Shown here: positions 38,086 through 52,240 of the stretch, in pieces | How positions within the stretch are numbered: the first letter of the stretch is position 1 | How the letters are laid out: each line of letters starts with the position of its first letter | From: Camelus ferus | Taxonomy: Eukaryota | DNA length: 64,000 nucleotides | Assembly: GCF_009834535.1 (NCBI RefSeq) | Contig: NC_045697.1 | Coordinates: forward strand, 26,662,001-26,726,000 | Reading direction: 5' to 3' | Position numbers and translations under genes: made by a program | The notes under the pieces: generated by a model | Told to the model about the DNA's origin: nothing | The model's input: the letters and a program-made list of their open reading frames with translations, nothing else | Database searches by the model: none

Positions 38086-41000
38086 CTTTTTGCTTAGGGT
38101 CTGCACTGTGCATCATCAGAGCATGTATCCAGCTGTCTCCTATGTGAGGGGTTTTCTCTATTTTGATCTCTATGAAGAGGCTGCCATAGTCACATTTTTG
38201 TCTAAATAGGGCCTTGAATAGTGCCCAGCACATAGTAGTTTTTCAATGAATGTAGGCTGTTCAAATTAATAAGGAAAGGAAAATTAAAACAATGAGACTG
38301 AATTTTTAATCTAGTAGATTACTGAAGATATTTAAAGACATACTAATGCAGACAAATGAACATGAACGGAAACAACCTTCCTTGAAATCAATTTAGTAAT
38401 GTTTCCAGAGTCTTAAAACCTCTGTACTCTTCAGTTCAGTAATTCCAGTCCTAGGAATCCATGTAACGGAAATAGTAAGATATTTACCATGTAAAAAAAG
38501 CAATGCATGGGAAAAAAAAGAGTGTAAGTAAATACACCAAAATACTATTTAGTGACCATTTCTAAGTGGAGGACTTAAAGCTGATTTTAGTTTTCCACTG
38601 TATACTTTTCTGTCTTTTCCAAAATTTATTTAGTGATCATTTAAAAATTTTATAGCAAGATTATATAGTACTTTTATAGTTATATGCGAGATCTTTGAAA
38701 GTTTACATATATACTCCTAAATATATTAAAAAACCATATTAATGATCTTCAAATACCTAAGCTTCTTTTATTTACCTCCAAAACCATTGTGGCATCTTGC
38801 ATGTTGTAGGTACCCTATAAATTATATATATGTAATTTCACATGAGTGCATCTATTTGGGTCCTTAATTTATCTTTCTTCTCTAAATTTAGAAGTGTCAC
38901 TTGTATTTTTCTTCTGGTCATTCAATTTCCGAAGACATGCAAATGTCAGCAGATTTATTTTTCTCCAAAACAGGTTAATGCTCCAGTTAACTGCTGTCCA
39001 GGTAGTTTTTATTAAAAAGTAGCACAGTTCTCCCTGTGAGATTTCATCATCACATGCTAGGAGGAACTGAGAAGTTAACTAGGCTACAAGGATTGGTTAG
39101 AGCATCTGATCATTGCTGCATTATTGCTGAGGCAGACACAAAAGAATTTCTTAAAAAAATAAATCATTACGATGGCTCTTCTTTACTAATGGAGTTCCTT
39201 TATATAAAAAATTATGTTTGTAAATCCTTTTTTTTGGTAAAAAGGCCATTGTTTACTTGACCAAATTTATTTTTACTGAGTGAAGATTTCAGTCTTTCAA
39301 TAAAATTAACGATTATTGCCATTTTTAATGTGTTCTACTGTCTGCTCGACTGCAAGTGACTGTGGCACCCTCTTCTCTGAGCTTGAGATTAACAGACATG
39401 TTTTAAAAATTCTTCCCTGGCACTTCAAGGTCTCCTCCTAGAGTTTGTTACATCAAGTACCCATCTTCTTATATTTCTATGAGATTCCAGTATATTCTTA
39501 CTCTTCTCAGACCACCACATAATTAAGTCTCTGCTCCCACAACAAAAATCTTTCCTTCTCTATTATTCTTTTGAGCTCTGATTCTGTTTCTCTCATTCCC
39601 TGAAGTATTAATGTCTTTAAAAGGTAGTTCACACTCAGCTGAATAAATTTAACATTTTTAACCTATTGCTTACTCCAACTTCTGATTTCTACCCTTGCTA
39701 CGCTACTGAAAATGTTTTCTTGGACATCTCCCATCAATTCTTATAACCTAAGGAAGGTCTCTTTTCCACTCTCCAACTTATTCTACTTCTCTATGCTTTT
39801 AGTGTTGCTTGCTACTCTATCTTATTTGAAACTCACCTCTTTTCACTCAGATGCTTGGAAGAGTAGAATGTCAGTGACGAAGGAACTGGGATTTCACCCT
39901 TCTCCCAAAATTCTCTATCAGTTGGAAGCAGTAGTTTGAAAGTGCATTTACTTTTGTAAAATACTCACACAAGTTACACATAAGAATGTTTTTTGGGTAA
40001 TGTAAAAAAAGAAAATAGAACATGTATATCTAAAAGTCTGTCTTCATACCCTGCCCCCTACACCAACCCATCCCACTCCTCCTCACTTAGTTAAATAACC
40101 TGGTGATTATTGTCCCAATGCTTTTTCTGTGTATCCATAGTAATACGCTGGTATGTATATAGAAATAAGCATTTTACAAACATAAATGATATATACATAG
40201 ATTTTGGCAACAAATGAGCTTATGTGTCTATTTTTCTTAAACCTGTGTATTGCTTTAAAGCTAAAAGGAAGAGCTACTAAAGATAGAAAGAATAGCATGA
40301 AAAGTGGGGAGACTCAAAGATGGACAGATGGCTTGGTTTGTGCTTAAAATATCTTATAAATACATAGGCATATTTCATTCCCATGCCACATAAAGCTTCT
40401 TAAATTTAGCAATGGGAGATTAAGTGCAGAATTTGGGATTTTGATTCCTTTTTAAATAGTCTTTTTGTTGCTAATGTTGAAAATGGAAACACAGCTTAAT
40501 TGAGAGGTATCAATTAAATTCAGTTTCAGTTTTTATTAGGCACTTGAAAAAGAGGACTTATTTCTATAAGACTTTAATAGTAGGCTTTGATTTTCAGGAA
40601 GTGTGAAGTTGAAAAGAGTTGCAATCAAGGAACAGAAAAGGAACATCTTAATTTTAGTACACTTCTTTTCACATTCTGGCTATGCTGCCCAAGGTGACTG
40701 CATTTCACAGCCTACTCACATGCTGTAAATATCTTTGCATGTGGTCAGTCTCATCCTAGCACTGTAGTAACATGCCTTAAACACAGCACTAAAAGCTTTG
40801 AACAAGATGGCATCTAAGTATAATGAGGTTTACTCGTTTTCTAGAAAAATGAAACGGCTTTTGAAGTGACTCTATTTGTACTACATAAGAGAGGATTTCA
40901 GTGTTCAAGTTAAAAAGAAACTTGGGTTGAAAAGACTTTAGGGGATTTTTCTATGACCTAAATGATTAGAGATTCGTATTTCATCAAGCACTTTGTTGAA

Positions 41001-43064
41001 AAAGGGAATGGTTATATAGAGGAGCAGATATTAGAAAGGGCAGGGGATTTAGAGATAAGGATAAGAAACATGGTATTAATATGGATATAGTAGTTACAAA
41101 CACTGGAATTAGAATTGATTATGTTACATTGAAAGAAATTAACAATGATCATTAGCTATTACCTGTAGAGATTAAAAGGAGAGATTTAAATAAAAAAATT
41201 TATACAAAAAAAGATCCAAAAGTGAAGAATACTTTAGAACTTAAGGACCATTAAACAAGAGATAAAGAATGCATTAATACACATTTAATGACCGATTGAG
41301 AAAATTGGTATCTTTTCATAAGGGCTTGAAAACTTACGATAGCCCAAACCTTAGATGCATGTGGTAAAAAAATTACTTAAGCAAGATAGCAATGATTGAT
41401 ATTTTTCTCTCATTTATTCCTATAAATGTGGCTAAAATGACCTTAGTAATTGATAACCTCAAGATTGGTGATTCTCATTTTAATCATTAATGTTGATCAT
41501 CATACATACTAGGAGCATTAAAGAAATGTGGCAAACAGTTGATCTGAGTTTTAATGATGTGTTGCTTGCAAGGTTCTTCAAGGCAAATGCTGAAGGGCTA
41601 TTTATTTTTTCTCAACTAAGGCCCCACCTGCTGCCTGCCATACTAACATGAATTCTTAATCTGAACAGATGGGCTTTCCACAGGTGTGGTTACCAAAAAA
41701 AAAAAAAAAGAATATGACCCACATTTATTTTCTTTAAAATAAAAAGCAACGTATTATTAAAAGCAAGATTCATTTTGCTTTTGCATTTATTGATCATTTA
41801 GAGAACATTTTTGAATAAATTAAAATATGTAAGTATGGATAGACCTCTCTTGAAACCTTGGATTCTACCCTTACCTTGTCCCACCCACTCTCACCCAGCA
41901 CTCTTACTACAGCAGTCTTGGGCCCTATGCAGCTGAGTGTATGCTTAAATACTCCTCCAGGAAATTTCAATATGATTTCATCCCATCACCAAAACCAAAG
42001 AAAACTACTGCATCAGTGCTTCTGTAAAGTGTAATTGAAAAGAGAAATCAAAACTCTTCAGTTTATGATCTTGATCCAGTTCACTCACCATCATATTGAT
42101 TTTTTTTTACCCTTCTAAAACCAGAAGCCTTCTTTCCAGGGGTGACCTCTTCCTTGTTTTAGGAACCTTTATAGGCACTGATATTGATCCTGTTATTTCT
42201 TTAATCCTCTTCTCTTGGCCACTCAAGTGGTCACATGATCCTGTTTAATCAGCTTATCCTATCCCTCTAACCACAGTAACTCAAAATGAGCCAGGGAGAG
42301 CACTTGGCCAAGATTTTTTACCAGAACCTCAAAGGAGAGGGCAAGTTTTACTTTTTCTATTGAGGATGTAAAGCTAGTAAGATATGTCTTGAGCTAAGCA
42401 TCCTTCATATCTGCTATATTCTGAATCCAAACATTCCAGTATTTTCAGTTATGTTTATGCTGGCTTGAGTTGAGTTTCCATCACTGGCAAATGAGCAGGC
42501 CCAACAAACACATCACACTATACTGGGTAACGGGTTAAATTCTTTGACTTATTTTCTTCACCTATAAAATTTGGATAATGGCATCTACCATGCCCATATA
42601 CCAGGGAAATAATGATAAGATCTGATGTTTAAGATGCAAAGCATTTATTATCTTATAATAGGTTTTCCAAATGATAGATTTCACATACAACTCTTCAAAA
42701 TAAATATTTAATTGAAACAACAGTAATCCAAGCTAATTATTTAGTAGTGTGTAAAAATGTCTTTTGTTATATTTCTTAATTCTTAATGAGTTATTTTGTT
42801 GTTGAGGAAATATTGCTCATCAGCAAAGCAAAAACTTCAATTTATTTATAAACCAATAACTGATAAAAGTAAATAATTCTTTCTTTATTCACTTAACAGT
42901 TTAATCATGTAATAGTTATACCTTAATAGCTCTTTCTTCCAATACTGAAATTATACTTAAAATTTCTAATTTCTTGATACAATGTGTATCAGTGCCTCTC
43001 AAACTTACCAATCACCTGTTAAAAATGGCAGATTCTGATTCCATAGGTCTGAAATATGTTATTT

Positions 43065-44200
43065 CTTTTTTTTCCTTTACTTTTAATTTTTCAGCTTTAT
43101 TGAGATATAATTCATGTATAACAATGTGTAAAAGTTTAAGGCATACAATGTGATGATTTGATACACCTATTTATTGTGAAATGATTTCTATCATATGGTT
43201 AGTTCATGCCTTCATCACCTCACGTATTTACCTCTGTATATGTCTGTGTAGTGTGTGTTGAGAAAATCATTTAAGATTTACTCTCATTTACTCTGTATTA
43301 CTGTATATAATACAATATTTTTAACTATAGTCACCACGCTGTACATTGGATACCAAGAACTTACTCATCTTCTAACTGGAAGTTTGAACCATTTGATAAA
43401 CATCTTCCCATTTCCTCCACCCCTAGCCCCTGGCAATCACCACTCTACTCTCTGCTCTTATGAATTTGGTGTTTTTATGTTCCACATATAAGTGAGATCA
43501 CACAGTATTTGTCTTTTTCGGTGTTACTTATTTCACTTCGCATAATACCCTCAAGGTCCATCCATATTCTCATAAATGGCAGGGTCTCCTTTTTAAAGGC
43601 TGAGTAATATTCCATTGTATAGATATACCACAGCTTATTTATCCATACATCCATCAATAAACACTTAGGTTGTTTCCATGCCCTGGTTATTGTGAATAAT
43701 TCTGCAATGAACATCGGGGTGCAGATATCTTTTCGAGATAGTTATTTCATTTCCGGCAGATATATTCCCAACAATGGAACTGCAGGATCATATGGTAGTT
43801 CTGTTTTTAATCTTTTTAGGAAACTCCATATTGTTCTCCATAGTAGATGTAGCAATTTACATTTCCCCCAGTAGTGCACAAGGGATCCCTTTCCTACACA
43901 TTCTCACCAACAATTATTATCTCTGGGTTTTGTTTTTTTTTATTTTAATAATAGAGATCCTAGAAGTATGAGGTGCTGTGTCATTTTGGTTTGATTTTCA
44001 TTTACCTGATGATTAGTGATGCTGAGCATTTTTCATGTAACTGTTGGAAATTTGCATGTCTTCTTGGGAAAAATATCTACTCAGGACCTCTGCTCATTTT
44101 TAATCAGATTGCTTGCTTGTTTGTTTTGCTATTAAGTCATAAAGTGCCTTATATATTTTGGATATTAACTCATTATGAGATAGATAGTTTGTAAGTATTT
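43065..44200 (-). mobile_element. L1 (L1MA9-like) ORF2 C-terminus and 3' UTR
   Basis: ORF 43475..43714 '[18 protein letters not shown]...[11 protein letters not shown]' is the L1 ORF2p C-terminus. Confidence 0.92.
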
Positions 44201-45468
44201 CTCACAAGCTCCAGGTGAAAGATGTATCTGGGCTGCAAACCAACGTTGAGCATCAAAGGACTAGAACAAAACCCTCCGAACAATATAAACACAAGCCAAA
44301 TGAGTTGGGAGTTGAAAGATTTAAGACAGTATAGTCTGAATTTTCTAATAAAAAAAAAACCTATGTGAGTATGACAAATCTTGGCTTTCATTTTCTCATC
44401 TAAGATGAAAATATCGAAATGTATTATAAAATAAACACAGAAGCACAGTGGTACTTAGTAAATTATTGACTGACTGCCATTGAAAAATACCGTAGGATAC
44501 GTGTGTTAGGATTTTTAAGGATCCATTATTCTAAGTGGAAAGAATAGATATTTTTTAGTAGGTAACTGTAATAGAGTTCCAGATTTATATTCAGTCTCTA
44601 TTTTCAGATAATAGTCAATTTGACAAATATATGAATAGCATCCTGTAATTTTCAATAAAAAATTGAGCCTATAACTAAATGTGTTCACAGTTGACTGGCC
44701 TAGAGTTCATACTGAAAAGACAGGTTGAAATGGTAGGTGACTGATGAAACACATTTCTGACTGAGTAACTTCAAGACAACATACACTGGAATATGATTGT
44801 CAGTTAAGGTGGCTTCTTAAAAGCAGCCTGCATTGGAATGGTGTGCAAATTTCTTTTCTATCCTTTGCAGCACCCCTGTAGAATAGTAAACATATCATTT
44901 TAATATAAAATAGATATCTCAGTTCAAAAGTTGTAGGATATAGGCAACCTTATAAAAGCCAGAAGACATTGAATTATGCTGAGAGGCAACATTATTACAC
45001 CAAGAAATGCACAAAATTCATCAAAATCCAGCCATGAAATTTCAGCTAAGAAGTATTACTTCTTAGCATAAAAATTGTTGACATTCTATGCTTAAGAGAC
45101 TTTTAAAGTGAGAGTAATTTAGTGTATCCTGATAATGTTGGAGTGATCGATGGATGGAGTTTCCTTGTTCTAAGGTAGAATAACAACTGTTTAGTTGAAT
45201 TGTTGATTAATTAATTTGAGCCAGCCTTAAGGATATGCCTGAGAAACAGAAATAATAAGATCTCATTTTTCAGGCTTTTTTGGTCCCTTGATCAACTAAG
45301 TCTATTTCGGATTTTAGTTACTAATTGATCTTTCACTAATGCTTTTTACAACAATTCAGAAAGATTTAATACAGCCTCATAAGAGTTGATTTGGTTAATT
45401 TTTCCCTTCACATAGGTAAATGTGATCAAATATATTTTCATTTAGTAAGACCTGAGGTGGTTTAGGAT

Positions 45469-46100
45469 ATTTTTAACTTTTTTTTATTGAGTTATAGTCA
45501 TTTTACAATGTTGTGTCAAATTCCAGTGTAGAGCATAATTTTTCAGTTATACATGAACATACATATAGTCATTGTCACATTTTTTTTCACTGTGAACTAC
45601 CACAAGATCTTGTGTATATTTCCCTGTGCTATACAGTATAATCTTGTTTATCTATTCTGCATATGCCTGTCAGTATCTACAAATTTTGAAATCTCAGTCT
45701 GTCCCTTACCACCCCCCACCCTCTTGGCAACCGCAAGTTTTTATTCTATGTCTGTGAGTCTGTTTCTGCTTTGTATTTATGTTCTTTTTTTTTTCATATT
45801 CTACATATGAGCAATCTCATATGGTATTTTTCTTTCTCTTTCTGGCTTACTTCACTTAGAATGACATTCTCCAGGGACATCCATGTTGCTGCAAATGGCA
45901 TTATGTTGTCGTTTTTATGGCTGAATAGTACTCCATTGTATAAATATACCACATCTTCTTTGTCCAGTCATCTATTGATGGACATTTAGGCTGTTTCCAT
46001 GTCTTGGCTATTGTAAATAGTGCTGCTATGAACATTGGGGTGCAGGTGTCTTTTTGAAGTAGGGTTCCTTCTGGATATATGCCCAGGAGCGGGATTACTG
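45469..46100 (-). mobile_element. Young lineage-specific L1, 5'-truncated, with TSD
   Basis: Well-preserved 3' end; TSD ggtttaggat at 45459-45468 and 46101-46110. Confidence 0.9.
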
Positions 46101-48544
46101 GGTTTAGGATTTTTGAAGTTTATGGGCAGATCTTTTATGAACCTGAGTGAGAATTTGAAGCAACATCTCCATTATCTCTAAACAAAAGAAAAATCTGAGA
46201 GTTGATTTAAGATCTGAACAACTTGTTAAGACTGACACAGATTCCAGCACAAAGTTATATGCAATTTGAAGGATAAAGATGATCAGTCTAAAAAGATATA
46301 CCCACATGGTATAGATGAGCATCCATTCACTTCTTAAGGGAGCTTTTAATGCCAGTAGAAATAGTCTTTTCCCACTGGTAGTTTTGGAAACTGATGGAGA
46401 AAATGCAATCTTCAAAATGTGAACAGCAATCCAAAAAAAAAAAAAAAAAGACTATCAACTATATAACATGGCACAATTATTTGTGACATTTTCAGGAATC
46501 TTTCTTTTTTTTTTTTTTGCTCTATGTTGCCTCTTTCAAGGTCACAATTTTGAAACTGGACTATTGAGTTGAAAGGGAAAAAAAGCTGAATAAATGAGTT
46601 TATGAGTTTAGTTCTTTATGGAAACCACCCTTACATATCTCAGCATGTAGCAGTATATAATATACATAGATTAATGACTTGATTTAGATTAAATATGGCT
46701 TGTTATTTAAGTACAAAGATAAATGATGAATATTATATTTCCCAAGCCATAAAAACCCAACTTTTAAAATATTAAAAGAAGCCATATATCAGATAAAAGC
46801 AATTTTTATGTTCTTTTCTCTATCCTTTTGCTGTTGTGTTGTTATTGTCTGAAAATTTGAAGTAGATTTCTGAATCTTTTGGAAAGTTTTTAGTAGAGGT
46901 AATCTCATGTGGGATTTTTGCCACTTTATCATTATCTTGTCTAAGAAGTAAACATAAGGCAGATAACATGTGAGGCATTTAGCACAACACTTGGCATATA
47001 GCATCCATTTAACATTTGTAAAATTATGCATGGTATGCTATACAATTTCTACTTTCAATATTACATAAATCAAAGACATTTTTCATGTAAAGTAAAGTGT
47101 CTTTAATCACCAACATAGAAAAAAATAGGTCTTCAGGCCAAACTTCATCATAATTGCAAAATATTTAGATTTTTTAAAACACTGATGAATAAGATCAATC
47201 TTTTCCCCTTTTAGCAGATGTGAGTAATTTTCAAGACAGCTCTAGTGGTAAGAACTGGGAGCCTGCTCTTTCAACACACATGTGCTGAAATGTTCTGTTT
47301 CCCAGCTTTATAGTTAGAGATTATTTCACAATGATTTTCAGCACAGATAAAATTTAGCTCACTTAAGATATGACAGCCATCATCTCTTATTTTCATTAAA
47401 CATGCTCTAGAGCGGGTGGTTATAGAAATAAGATAGGAATTAGCATCTGAAAGTTTAAAGATGATTGCAAAATCTCTTCCTTAGAAAATTATGGGTTTCC
47501 CTTGGCCTAGCTTTCCTAAAATATATCAGCACTGCTCCAAGTGGCAGCCTCTGCTGCCTGATGTATCACATTTGAGCTTTCATCTACATCTACGAAAAAG
47601 AAGTATGATTTCAGCTGTTCCAAAATATAAGCTGTGTCTCGCTCTTGAGATGTGAGGACAGTTGGCTGAGTGTGTTACCAAAGCCCATATGCCCCCATGT
47701 AATTTGCCCACTTTTTCCTCTCTGAATGTGTCTCATCTTAAATGCATCTGCTCCACCATACACGCTTTTCAGTGCATACAATTTCCTATGCCTCGTAGCA
47801 AGCCTTTATGATAAAATTAAAAATTTAAGAAAGTATTTCTAGTTCTGTTTAAAATTTTTTTTCAACTTTGTCTATGTAGCCCTATCAAACAAATCAGTCA
47901 GTTCTTTCACTAATGATCATTTCCTGTGGTGTCCATTTAACAAGAAAAAAAATCAGACCATGTTGGCTGGCTTTCAGTGGTGGCCCTGTCAGCATTTGGA
48001 GATTATGAGAGTTCTTGGCCTTGCTTCCTTGGAACCAAACTCTGATGCTCTGTGGAAAAGGGTCCATGAGGTTCTCAAGATTAAAAGAAATATTGTCTAA
48101 GTCCTCACATCTCTTTCTATTGGCTTCTGGAAAACCAAAGAAGTAGCCATAGAAATGAGGGCATATATCTCACTGTTCTTCTTCCCCATTAATTTCAGGA
48201 TATGGGGCCACTGAATTGCCCACTAATGTTTCTTTCTCACTTGAGAAAACTTACAGTTTAGCAGCACTTGTTACTTGGTAGTAGACAAGCCAGTAATGGA
48301 GTTCTCATGGAGTCAGCACTGATTTGTCACGGATAAGAAGAGAGTGTGAAGTGCCGAAAGAAGCAGATAAGGCACGTGTGCAAGAATAACAGAGACAAGA
48401 GACCATTTGGTTCCAGAAGATAGAAAATGTGACCTTGATCCCTGGCTTTATGTTCCTACTTCTAGTAGCTCTTGAGATGTCTCTGAATTTCCTGTCCTGA
48501 TAGGCTACAAGATACCACTGCTTCCTTCTAATAGACTCTCCAAA

Positions 48545-49014
48545 ACATTCAATCAGCAAATACTTACTGAGTGTGTAATATGTGCCCAGGATTGTAGCAG
48601 GCTCTAAGTAGACAACAGAGTATGAGATGGACATTGTAACTATTCCTCATGGATCTTTCAGTTTGACAGGAAAGAGAAGCATTGAGTAGATAATTACACC
48701 CCCACAAAAAAACCGTATTGTGAAAAGGGAAGTGTAGTCTGTCATGAAAGCATACGGTTTGGTAGCATGAGGCCTTAACCTAGTCTGATAGAGGAACACT
48801 GAAACTGGTTGAGGAGAATATCTTTGAGGAAGTAACATGTCAGCTAAGACCTGAAGGGTAGGTGAAGGGAGAGGGGGAAGTGAAAATATTCCAAGCAAAA
48901 GACAAAAGTAAGAGCAGCTTGAAGCTGGATGACAGAGCATTGGTGTTTTGAGAAAATGCTAATTTGAGGAAATCCAATAGAGCCCAAAAGGAAACTGAAA
49001 AGTAAGTAAGAATC
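48545..49014 (-). mobile_element. L2 3' part (resumes after the L1 at 51870)
   Basis: 'cattcaatcagcaaatacttactgagtgtgtaatatgtgccc', 'gaggaagtaacatgtcagctaagacctgaagg'. Confidence 0.8.
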
Positions 49015-49765
49015 AAAACTTGGGAATACTTTTTTAATTACTGTAGATTTATAATACATTTTGAAATCAGGAAATGTAATGCCTCCAGCTTTGTTCTTCT
49101 TTATCAAGATTACTTTGGCTATTTGCAGTCTTTTGTGGTTCCATTTGAATTTTAGAATTTTTTTTTATATTCCTGTGAAAAATTGCATTGGGATTTTGAT
49201 GGGGATAACACTGAATCTATAGATCACTTGAAGTAATTGAAACAGTGAGATATTGGCATAAAGACAGACACATAGAGCAATGGAACAGAATACAGAGTCC
49301 AGAAATAAACCCATGTATAAGCATTCAGCCGATCTTCCCTAAGGTTGCCAAGAACACACAATGGGGAAAGGATAGTCTCTTCAACAATGGGGTAGAGAAA
49401 ACTAAATATCCACATGGCGATGGATGAAATTGGACCCTTACCTTACAGTATACACAAAAGTAAACTCAAAATGTGTTAAAAAGTTAAGTGTAAGACTTGA
49501 AACTGTAAAATTTCTAGAAAAAACAGGGTCTTAGCAATGATTTCTTGGACATGACAACAAAAGCACAATCAACAAAAGCAAAAATGAACAAGTGGGACGA
49601 CATCAAACTAAAAAGCTTCTGCACAGCAAAGGAAACAAATCAACAGAATTAAAAGGCAAACTATAGAATGGGAGAAAATATGTGCAGACCATGTATCTGA
49701 TAATTGCTTAATATTCAAAATATATAAGTAACTCCTATAACTCAATAGCTCTCGCTCTCTCTCTG

Positions 49766-49790
49766 TATATATATATATAAAACTCAATAG

Positions 49791-49842
<52 letters not shown>

Positions 49843-49855
49843 TATATAAATATAA
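49766..49855. repeat. (TA)n microsatellite
   Basis: Directly visible; interrupted by a second copy of 'aactcaatagct'. Confidence 0.95.
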
Positions 49856-49881
49856 AAAACCCAATTTAAAAATGGGAAAAG

Positions 49882-50700
49882 TCATCATTAAAAAGTCCAC
49901 AAGCAATAAATGCTGGAGAGGGTGTGGACAAAAGGGAACCCTCCTACACTGTTGGTGGGAATGTAGTTTGGTGCAACCATTATGGAAAACAATATGGCGA
50001 TTCCTCAAAAAACTAAAAGTACACTTACCCTATGATCCAGCAATCCCACTCCTGGGCATATATCTGGAGGGAGCCTCAAATTTGAAAAGATACATGCACC
50101 CCAATGCAATATAAAGCAGCACTATATACAATAGTCAAGACGTGGGAACAACCTAAATGTCCATTGACAGAGGACTGGATAAAGGAACTGTGGTATATTT
50201 ATACAGTGGAATACTACTCAGCCATAAAAAAAAATAAAATAATGCCATTTGCAGCAACATGGACCTGGAGACTGGCATTCTAAGTGAAGCAAGCCAGAAA
50301 GAGAAAAAAAATACCATATGATGTCACTCATATGTAGAATTTTAAAAAAGAAAAAAGAAGACACTAATGAACTCATTTACAAAATAGAAACAGACTCACA
50401 GACATAGTAAGCAATCTTATGGTTACCAGCAGGGAAAGGGGGTAGGAAGGGATAAATTTGATAGTTTGATATTTGCAAATATTAATTACTATATATAAAA
50501 ATAGGTTTAAAAAACAAATTTCTTTGTATAGCACAGGGAACTGTATTCAATATCTTGCAATAACCTTTAATAAAAAAGAATATGAACATGAATATATGTA
50601 CTTATATGTATGTCTGGGATATTAGGCTGTACACCAGAAATTGATACATTGTAACTGACTATACATCAATTAAAAATAAATAAAAATTTAAAAGTAAATT
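49882..50700 (+). mobile_element. Younger lineage-specific L1 nested in the twin-primed L1
   Basis: ORF '[28 protein letters not shown]' (ORF2p cysteine-rich domain); imperfect TSD aaaatgggaaaag/aaaatggacaaag. Confidence 0.88.
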
Positions 50701-51228
50701 AAAATGGACAAAGGAATGGACATTTCTTCAAAGACATCCAAATTGCCAACAGATATATGAAAGGTGTTTGACATCACTATGATGAAAGAGATACAAATCA
50801 CAACCACAATGAGATACCATCACCTCATATAAATGTAAGAAATTAACATGTTGTACAATTTAAATTTACACACAATGTTATATGTCATATATATTTCAGT
50901 CATTTTTTTTAAAAGGAAGGCTATTTTCAAAAAACAAATTAACAAGTTTTGACGAGGATATGAAACAATTGGAATTCTTATACATTTTTGGTGGGAATGT
51001 AAATGTTGCAATACTATGAAAAACAGTATGGAGGCCCTTCAAAAATTTAAAAATAGAACTACTATATAATCCAGAAACCCCACTTCTGGGTATATATCCA
51101 AAGGAAAGGAAATCAATATCTCAAAGTGATATGTGCACTGCCATGTTCATTTCAACACTATTCACAGTAGCCAGGGTATGGAAATATCCTAAGTGTCTAC
51201 TGATGAATGCATATGCATATATACATAC

Positions 51229-51241
51229 GTGTGTGTGTGTG

Positions 51242-51297
<56 letters not shown>

Positions 51298-51306
51298 TAT
51301 ATATAT
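51229..51306. repeat. (TG)n(TA)n(CA)n compound microsatellite
   Basis: Directly visible in the sequence. Confidence 0.95.
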
Positions 51307-52015
51307 GAATATTATTCAGTCTTTAAAAGGAAGGAAATCTTGTCATATGCAACAACATGGATAAGCCTGGAGGACATTATGCTAAGTGAAATGATTCAGT
51401 CACTGGAGGACAAGTACTGCATGATTCCACTTACATGAAGTATCTGAAACAGTCAAACTAATAGAAGTAGACAGTAGAATGGTGGTTGCCAGGGACTGGA
51501 GGATGGGGAGTGGAGGGGGTGAATGAGGAGTTGTTGTTTAGTAAGTATAAAGCTTCAGTTATGCAAGATGAGTATGTTCTAGAGATCTACTGGGCAGCAT
51601 AGTACCTATAGTTAACAATACTATGTTGTGCACTTCTTAAAAATTAAGAGAATAGATCCCATGTTAAGTGTTCTTACTACAAAAGAAAGTGGGGCATACA
51701 AGAAATTTTTGGAGGTGATGAATATGATTATCACTTTTGATTGTGGTGTTCGTTTCATGAGTATGCATTTGTCCAAACTCATCAAATTAGAGACATTAGA
51801 TGTGTGCAGTCTTTTGTATATAAATTATATCTCAATAAGCCTGTTTTTAAAAACCTTGGGAATGCTTTTAAGACCTCTGGATTTTATTCTATAGGCATGA
51901 AGAAGCTAAATAAAGTTTTTAAGAAGGGTTGTGACATTTGCATCTTTCACCATTTAGGACAAGTTAAGTCTGCTGCATTAAATACAGAGGGAGGTAATAT
52001 TAACTGGGACTAAAA

Positions 52016-52240
52016 CCATGGTTTTCAACTGGGGTATTATTACTTCCCAGTAGACATTTAGTAATGCCTGGAGACATTTCTAATTGTTACAACTCTGAGG
52101 GGAAGGAGGAAGGGTTGTTATTGACATCTAGTTGGTAGAGGACAGGGATGCTGCTCACCATCCTACAATGCACAGGACAGTCTGCCAGAACCAAGAATTA
52201 TCTGGCCCAACACATCAATGCTGTGAAGGTTGAGAAACTG
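52016..52240. mobile_element. MER20 hAT-Charlie MITE
   Basis: 'ggttttcaactgggg...gacatctagttggtagaggacagggatgctgctcaccatcctacaatgcacaggacag...ggttgagaaac'. Confidence 0.9.

Larger units (their letters stand above)
49034..51850 (+). mobile_element. 5'-inverted (twin-primed) L1: inverted part 49034-~49230, sense part 49232-51850
   Basis: ORF2p '[21 protein letters not shown]' on the minus strand continues as 'YWHKDRHIEQWNRI' on the plus strand; TSD aaaacttgggaatactttt 49015-49033 / aaaccttgggaatgctttt 51851-51869. Confidence 0.9.

Noticed and set aside
44851..44891. Strong plus-strand acceptor ttcttttctatcctttgcag
   Set aside because: No convincing downstream donor or open frame.
43475..51438. 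ORFs with real protein similarity (43475, 48844, 49245, 49872, 51131)
   Set aside because: Frameshifted fragments of L1 ORF2p; no intact L1 ORF in the window.
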